DNA of 64,000 bases from an uncultured delta proteobacterium. Lineage in GTDB: Bacteria > Myxococcota_A > Polyangia > Polyangiales > Polyangiaceae. The stretch spans positions 2,912,001 to 2,976,000 of the forward strand of contig CAWAIF010000003.1 in NCBI GenBank assembly GCA_963782055.1. The letters run 5' to 3'. The number at the start of each line of letters is the position of its first letter. Within the stretch, counting starts at the first letter, position 1. Shown here piece by piece: positions 58,755 through 64,000 of this stretch. A program made the position numbers and the translations under genes. The notes under the pieces were generated by a model. That model saw only the letters and a program-made list of their open reading frames with translations. It had not been told where the DNA came from and made no database searches.

Positions 58755-59756
58755 ATGCTCCGCGTGCCTCGAATGCCCCGCTCGCTGGCGTCCGCGGCGG
58801 TGCTGGCGGCGGTGCTCGCCTTGCCCGCTGTCGCCCGGGCGGACGCGGCGCCGGGAGCCGCTGGCTCCGCGTCCGCGCAGCCGCCTGCCACGAAGACCGC
58901 GACTGCCGCGAAGACCGCGCCCGCGCCGCACCGCAACCGCGTGCGCTGGGACCCCGCATGGCCGCACGCCAACGCGTGGGATTACACGCTCGCCGGTGTG
59001 GGCGCCACGACGGCGCTGGTCGAGGCGATCGTGCTGCAGCCGATGAGGCCGCCCCTGCACTGGACGGATCCCATCCTGTTCGACAGCGACGTGCGCGACG
59101 CCCTGCGCCTCACCGACCCCACCGGACGCGACGTGCTGGAGGGCGTGAGCTGGGGGCTCTGGGGCGCGCAGCTCGCGCTGCCCCTGCTCGTGGACGTGCC
59201 GTACGCGTGGGGCCGCTACGGCTTCTGGTTGGCGCGCGACCTCTTCTGGCAGGACGCGGCCACCCTCACCGTCGCGGCCGCGCTCGACCTGGGGCTCCGC
59301 AATCTCGCCGGCCGCGCGCGTCCCTTGACCTACGACTGCCTCTCCCACGGCGGCACCAACTGCCTCGACGGGGTGGAGACCACGCGTTCCTTCCCGGGCG
59401 GGCACCTCATCAACGCGACGGCGGCCTCGGTGCTCGCGTGCACGCAGCACCTCTACACGCACCTGTACGGCGGTCCCTGGGACGCCGTGGCGTGCGCCAC
59501 GACGTTGGCGTCGGACATGACCATCACCGTGCTGCGCGTGGTGACCGACAACCACTGGGCGACCGACCAGCTCGCCGGCCTGGCGATCGGCGCCCTCGTC
59601 GGGTGGGGGGTGCCCTACCTGATGCACTACCGGTTTCACGGTCGCCCGGCGGCCGACGAGACGTCATCCTCGTCGTCGCCGCCGGGCGCTCTCATCCTGC
59701 CGGTGCCGCTCGCCTACGAGGGGGGCGGCGGCCTCGGCGTGGCCGCGATCTTCTGA
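58755..59756 (+). CDS. PAP2-family phosphatase, membrane protein
   Basis: GRARP, SFPGGH, RVVTDNHWATD; the start could also be 58773. Confidence 0.85.
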   Translation: MLRVPRMPRSLASAAVLAAVLALPAVARADAAPGAAGSASAQPPATKTATAAKTAPAPHRNRVRWDPAWPHANAWDYTLAGVGATTALVEAIVLQPMRPPLHWTDPILFDSDVRDALRLTDPTGRDVLEGVSWGLWGAQLALPLLVDVPYAWGRYGFWLARDLFWQDAATLTVAAALDLGLRNLAGRARPLTYDCLSHGGTNCLDGVETTRSFPGGHLINATAASVLACTQHLYTHLYGGPWDAVACATTLASDMTITVLRVVTDNHWATDQLAGLAIGALVGWGVPYLMHYRFHGRPAADETSSSSSPPGALILPVPLAYEGGGGLGVAAIF

Positions 59757-59812
59757 GGCTCCACGCTCGTCGCGGGCCGCCGGCCCGAAGGGCGCGTGGA
59801 GGACGCTCGCCG

Positions 59813-60730
59813 CTACTGGGTGAGGCGGAAGAACTCGTCCATCGGCGTGGCGTTCGCGGTCGTCGCGAGGCGCGGGAGTCGCAGGATGTCCTCGACGGTG
59901 GCCAGGTACGACGCGTGGTCGAAGGCGGTCTGGCTCACGTAGCCGTTCGCCACCAGGTTGGGCGAGGCGACGATGGTCGCCAGGTTGGCGCCGGCGCCCA
60001 GGAAGCGCGTGTTGCCCTCGTCGAAGAGGACGAAGAGCGCGCCGCCGTTCTTGTAGCCCGGGGAGTCCATGATCTGCGTCACGACCTTCTTCAGCCATGC
60101 GTCGACGACGTCACCGGGGCAGTTGTGCATGTCGTTGCACATGTTCGGCGTGATCCACATGTAGCGGTACGTGTTCGCCGCGAGGTCGGTCGCGAAGTTC
60201 TGGTCGAAGTCCACCACGTGGTCTGCGCAGCGTGAGGGGTTGCTCGCCATCGTCGTGTAGTAGACGAAGGGGTTGTGGTGGGCGGAGTAGTCGCCCGTCG
60301 TGTCGAACTTGCAGGGCTCGCCCATGCTCTCCATGTACGCGCGCCACGGGACGCTCGCAGCGTCGAGCTGGTCGGCGATGTTGTCGGTGCCGCCGACCTG
60401 CACGTTGTAGCGGGGGTCGTTGTCGGTGGTGACGCCGTGCGTGCTGCCGGAGGTCATCTCGATGTAGTTGGGCAGGCTCGGGTGCGTGGTGGACACGTAC
60501 GCGGCGGCCTGGCCGTACTGGCTGGCGAGGGAAGAGAAGAAGGGAAGCGTGGGGAGGATGTTGGACTGGTCTTCGTTCTCGAAGACGATGGTGAACACCG
60601 TCCCGGTGACGTTGGGCGCCTGGACACTCGGGTTCCCCTGGACCCCAGGATTGGTGGCCGAGGAGCAACCCGTGGCGAGGGATGCCGTGCCGAGGGCGCC
60701 GGCGGCGAGGAGGGCGATGGCGTGTTTCAT
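59813..60730 (-). CDS. Phosphoesterase / acid phosphatase-family lipoprotein
   Basis: IVFEN, THPSLPNY, HNPF, ITPNMCNDMH, FDE, DHASYLATVE; ATGC lipobox. Confidence 0.88.
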   Translation of the reverse strand: MKHAIALLAAGALGTASLATGCSSATNPGVQGNPSVQAPNVTGTVFTIVFENEDQSNILPTLPFFSSLASQYGQAAAYVSTTHPSLPNYIEMTSGSTHGVTTDNDPRYNVQVGGTDNIADQLDAASVPWRAYMESMGEPCKFDTTGDYSAHHNPFVYYTTMASNPSRCADHVVDFDQNFATDLAANTYRYMWITPNMCNDMHNCPGDVVDAWLKKVVTQIMDSPGYKNGGALFVLFDEGNTRFLGAGANLATIVASPNLVANGYVSQTAFDHASYLATVEDILRLPRLATTANATPMDEFFRLTQ

Positions 60731-60946
60731 GTTTCTTCCTTCCGTACCTGCAGTCTGGGGTCCGTACGGTCAGGTGCAAGGAAGGCGGCTCGCATTGAAA
60801 CTAGCTGAAACGCGCGTGGAATCTCATCTGTAACATGTCTCACGCAGCGAGTGCGTCGCGGCGAAGGAGGTTCGCGTCCGAACGGACGAGCCCCCGATTT
60901 TTGCGTGATTTCGCGTGGCCCGGCGCTTGCTCATCCATTCGCCATC

Positions 60947-61654
60947 ATGTCCACCATCCCCTCCTCTTTCCGTCTCGCGCTGCTGGGCTTGCTCGCCAGC
61001 GCCTGCACGTACCCCACACTCTCGCCACACCTCGCCGAGGGTACGGATGTGCTCAAGCCCGGTCAGATCGGCCTGACGGTGGCCGGCGGCGGCGGCGGCG
61101 GCGGCTACACGATCGCCAGCGGCACCAACAGCACCAGCACCAGCACCGCCGGCGGCGGCGCGGAAGCGCGTGTGCGCGTCGGCTTGCCCGGCCACCAGGA
61201 GATCGGCGCCAGCGGCGCCGCCGGCATCGCCTCTGCCATCACCGGCGACCCGCCGGTCGTCGCCGGCGGTGAGCTCTCCTACAAGATCGCGCCGCTCCCC
61301 TGGATGGCGTTCGTGGTCGATCTCGGGGCGATGGACCGCGTCATCTCCAGCACCGCCATCCTGGGCGGGTCGCTCGCGGCCATCTTCGCCCCCTACACCT
61401 GGAAGGGCGGCTCGCAGTTTTACACCGGCCTCAAGGGCTCGATCACCGTGCCCATCCTCCAGGACGCTTCGGGGACGGCCGAGCTCATCGACGTGCCGGT
61501 GGGCCTCGCGTGGCACGCCAGCGAGCGCGTCCGGCTCTACGCCGAGGGAGGCTTCCTCCTCGGCTTCGACCAGATCAACAGCGGCGGCACCACGACCAGC
61601 ACGTCCGGCTACGGCGGCTACGGGATGCTGGCGTTCGGGTACGTGTTCCGCTGA
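60947..61654 (+). CDS. Hypothetical lipoprotein, probable small outer-membrane beta-barrel
   Basis: ASAC lipobox, alternating Gly/hydrophobic strands, C-terminal FGYVF. Confidence 0.65.
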   Translation: MSTIPSSFRLALLGLLASACTYPTLSPHLAEGTDVLKPGQIGLTVAGGGGGGGYTIASGTNSTSTSTAGGGAEARVRVGLPGHQEIGASGAAGIASAITGDPPVVAGGELSYKIAPLPWMAFVVDLGAMDRVISSTAILGGSLAAIFAPYTWKGGSQFYTGLKGSITVPILQDASGTAELIDVPVGLAWHASERVRLYAEGGFLLGFDQINSGGTTTSTSGYGGYGMLAFGYVFR

Positions 61655-61662
61655 ACGGGCCG

Positions 61663-61685
61663 TAGGGGCGGCCCGCGCCGCCCTA
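61663..61685. terminator. Hairpin between convergent genes
   Basis: TAGGGGCGGC-CCGC-GCCGCCCTA. Confidence 0.4.
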
Positions 61686-61717
61686 GCCACGCCGGCCCCA
61701 AGCGAGTGGGGAGCCCG

Positions 61718-63472
61718 TCAATGCGTGGGGCGCTCCAGGGCGACGAGGCGGAAGCCGCGGGCGGGGCCGAGGTCGTAGAGGTCGGCGACGAGGGGACCCT
61801 TCGCGACGCCGTCCTCGACGACGACGCGCACGTAGCGCCGGGCGTCGTCGTCCGCCGGGCCGCCGTCGGGCGCGACGTGCGGCAGGGCGACGCAGACCTG
61901 GCCACCTGGGAGGTGGGACGCCGGCAGCGCCTCGCCGCTCATGGTGCGCGCGGCGTAGTGGAAGCTCGCGGCGTCGCGCAGACCGCGCCACTCGGCGAGG
62001 TCCACGCCGCAGAGGGTGGCGCCGCCCGCCACGTGCACGCCGGCGATGGGCGAGAGGCGCGTGAGGTAGCGCTGGAGGATCTTCTGCAGACGCCCGTCCA
62101 GCACCTGCGCGAGGTACGTCGTCTGGGCCGGGTCGGTGAACTTGCCCGTCCGCACCAGGGCGAGCACCAGGTCCGGCGTGAAGTGCGCCAGCACGCGCGC
62201 CATCCAGGCGGCGTCGCGCTCGGTCATGCGGGAGAAGGCCGCGTTGGGGTATTCCGGCTTCCAGTCCTGCGGGACGAAGTCCTTCACGTTGAAGTAGCCG
62301 AAGATCTCGTGGCCCGGCGTGAGGCGCACCGTGTCCCACGGTCGGATCGGGATGCCGAGCGTCGCGAAGTCCGCGCCGATGTCGCCCCAGTCGACGATGT
62401 ACGACGTGCCCAGCCGGCGGTCGATGGGATCCCAGCCCCAGAAGGAGCCCAGCGCCTCGCTGGTGTCGAGCTGGTAGTGGATCACGTGCCCGGGGGAGGA
62501 GTCGGGCGGGCGCTTGGCGTCGGCGATCCAGGTGTCCAGCGAGTTGGCCTCCCGCGCGTCGTGGCGCTCGATCCACGCCGCCAGCAAGCGCATCGCGCGC
62601 AGCTCGCGCCGGTCCTCGTGCGGCACGACGTCGCTCGGGTCGTCGTCGCGCGTGCCGTCGTAGCGGAAGGGGCCGATGGCGTAGCCGTCGATCCACGCCG
62701 ACGCGCTCACGCGCACCAGGCCGTCGCGCCGGGTGGCGCGCGCGATGTCGGCGTCGAAGGCCGCCCTGTCGTACGGCTTCCGCGCGCTGAAGTTGTTCGC
62801 GTAGGTGAGGCCGGGGGTGAGCGTGAAGACCGAGGGGCTGACGTACAGCACCTGCTCGCACGGCGCGTTGTAGCCGGCGGCGTAGAAGACCCTGGAGCCG
62901 ATCACCGTGGCCGCGCTCTGCCGCTCCGGCTCCTCGTCGGCGAGCTCCAGCTTGATGTAGTACTTGCCCTTGCCCGGCACGCGGACCCGGAATGCGGGCG
63001 TCCAGCCCTGGGTCTTGCCCTTGTCGATCACCCACGACCCCTCGGCCGCGTGGGCGGGGTCGAGGAGCTGGTCGGGGCGGCACGCGCCCATCGTGATCTG
63101 CGCGGGCGTCATGGGGTGGAGCCCGATGCGGTTCTGGAACCACGTCGAGTCGGGCACCTCGTCCATGCTGTTGACGTCGACCGACTCGCCGCTCGTCTGC
63201 AGATAGAGCGCATCGGAGAGGGGGCGGAAGAAGAGGTTGTCGGCGCCGTCCCAGTAGAGCGGCGAGTCGTAGGGCTCCGGCGCGCACGACACGTGGTGGG
63301 GGTCCTTCTTGTCCGGCTGCTCGTGACAGCGCGCGTAGACCGACGCGAGATCGCCGTCGCGCCACACCGGCGCCGCGAGCGGGAAGCGCGCCTCCGTCGA
63401 CGCGCAGCCGGTCGACGCGCAGCCGGCGAGGACGGCGAGGGCGACGAGTCCGAGCGTGGTTCTGGCGTTCAT
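61718..63472 (-). CDS. Lipoprotein with an atypical protein-kinase-like fold
   Basis: LAGC lipobox; KGKTQG, YYIKLE, EPER, HDAREAN and LDTS in kinase order. Confidence 0.65.
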   Translation of the reverse strand: MNARTTLGLVALAVLAGCASTGCASTEARFPLAAPVWRDGDLASVYARCHEQPDKKDPHHVSCAPEPYDSPLYWDGADNLFFRPLSDALYLQTSGESVDVNSMDEVPDSTWFQNRIGLHPMTPAQITMGACRPDQLLDPAHAAEGSWVIDKGKTQGWTPAFRVRVPGKGKYYIKLELADEEPERQSAATVIGSRVFYAAGYNAPCEQVLYVSPSVFTLTPGLTYANNFSARKPYDRAAFDADIARATRRDGLVRVSASAWIDGYAIGPFRYDGTRDDDPSDVVPHEDRRELRAMRLLAAWIERHDAREANSLDTWIADAKRPPDSSPGHVIHYQLDTSEALGSFWGWDPIDRRLGTSYIVDWGDIGADFATLGIPIRPWDTVRLTPGHEIFGYFNVKDFVPQDWKPEYPNAAFSRMTERDAAWMARVLAHFTPDLVLALVRTGKFTDPAQTTYLAQVLDGRLQKILQRYLTRLSPIAGVHVAGGATLCGVDLAEWRGLRDAASFHYAARTMSGEALPASHLPGGQVCVALPHVAPDGGPADDDARRYVRVVVEDGVAKGPLVADLYDLGPARGFRLVALERPTH

Positions 63473-63482
63473 GGCTTCTCCA

Positions 63483-64000
63483 TCAGAAAAGGAGGGGCAC
63501 CCCGAAGGAGACGCGCCCCGACTGGATCGTGGCGCCGTGGTCGAAGGTGTCGGTGCCCAGGCCGACGATCACCTCGATGGGCGGATCGGTCGTCGTCCGC
63601 AGCCCGATGCCACCGGAGAAACGCAGCAGCTTGGGGTCGAAGCCCTCCAGGTGCGGGCCGAAGACGTTGCCCACGGTGGCCACGAGGCTGGCGTCCAGGT
63701 ACGGGGCGATGGGCCAGTGATACTGGAGCGACGCCACGGCCGCGCTGCGTCCGAGGAGCCGCCCGGGCAGGTAGCCGGTCATCCAGACCTCGTCTCCCAG
63801 GGCCACCAGCTCGGTGAACGGGATGGGTTCGGAGGTGAGGGGATCGGCGAAGAGGGTGCCCGCCGAGAGCTCGAGGATGCGCCCGTGCCCGTTCACGTCG
63901 AGGAAGCCGCTCGCCACGGCGCCGTAGCGCATCCACGCCGAGGCGGGGGCGTGCGAGACATCGCTCCCCACGTAGCCTTGCGCCGTCAGCCGGACGCCGG
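63483..64000 (-). CDS. C-terminal part of an Omp85/BamA-TamA-like outer-membrane beta-barrel (truncated by the window edge)
   Basis: IPFTELVALG...MTGY...GR loop-6-like motif, GNVF, GGIGLR, terminal Phe. Confidence 0.65.
   Translation of the reverse strand, partial: GVRLTAQGYVGSDVSHAPASAWMRYGAVASGFLDVNGHGRILELSAGTLFADPLTSEPIPFTELVALGDEVWMTGYLPGRLLGRSAAVASLQYHWPIAPYLDASLVATVGNVFGPHLEGFDPKLLRFSGGIGLRTTTDPPIEVIVGLGTDTFDHGATIQSGRVSFGVPLLF

Overview
Very GC-rich chromosomal window, most likely from a myxobacterium of the Polyangiaceae/Sorangiineae type. This is inferred from a MYXO-CTERM-like tail, many lipoproteins with DAG/DSG linkers and sigma54 promoters. It is mostly housekeeping genes: dnaE2 (3' part), smc, a pheA...aroA-cmk-rpsA cluster, sucA, thiS, plsC/cls, miaB, fadD and rlpA. 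These are mixed with exported lipoproteins, two ECF sigma factors and a Cpx-like two-component locus. I see no rRNA, tRNA, CRISPR or transposase. The most notable signal is a dispersed non-coding module: a C-rich tract, a ~38-bp hairpin with compensatory changes, and a sigma54 -24/-12 box. It precedes two closely related MarR genes 40 kb apart and recurs as a gene-less copy. Its 20-bp core palindrome (AN(T/C)GC-N-AGCATGCT-N-GC(A/G)NT) appears at seven intergenic sites. Other highlights are a 5 x 46-bp double-hairpin tandem array, a lower-GC kelch/HEXXH + FGE-domain gene pair, an Omp85 barrel followed by a kinase-like lipoprotein, and apparently degenerate PheA and MoaC enzymes. Several frameshifts, mostly in homopolymers, are probably assembly errors.
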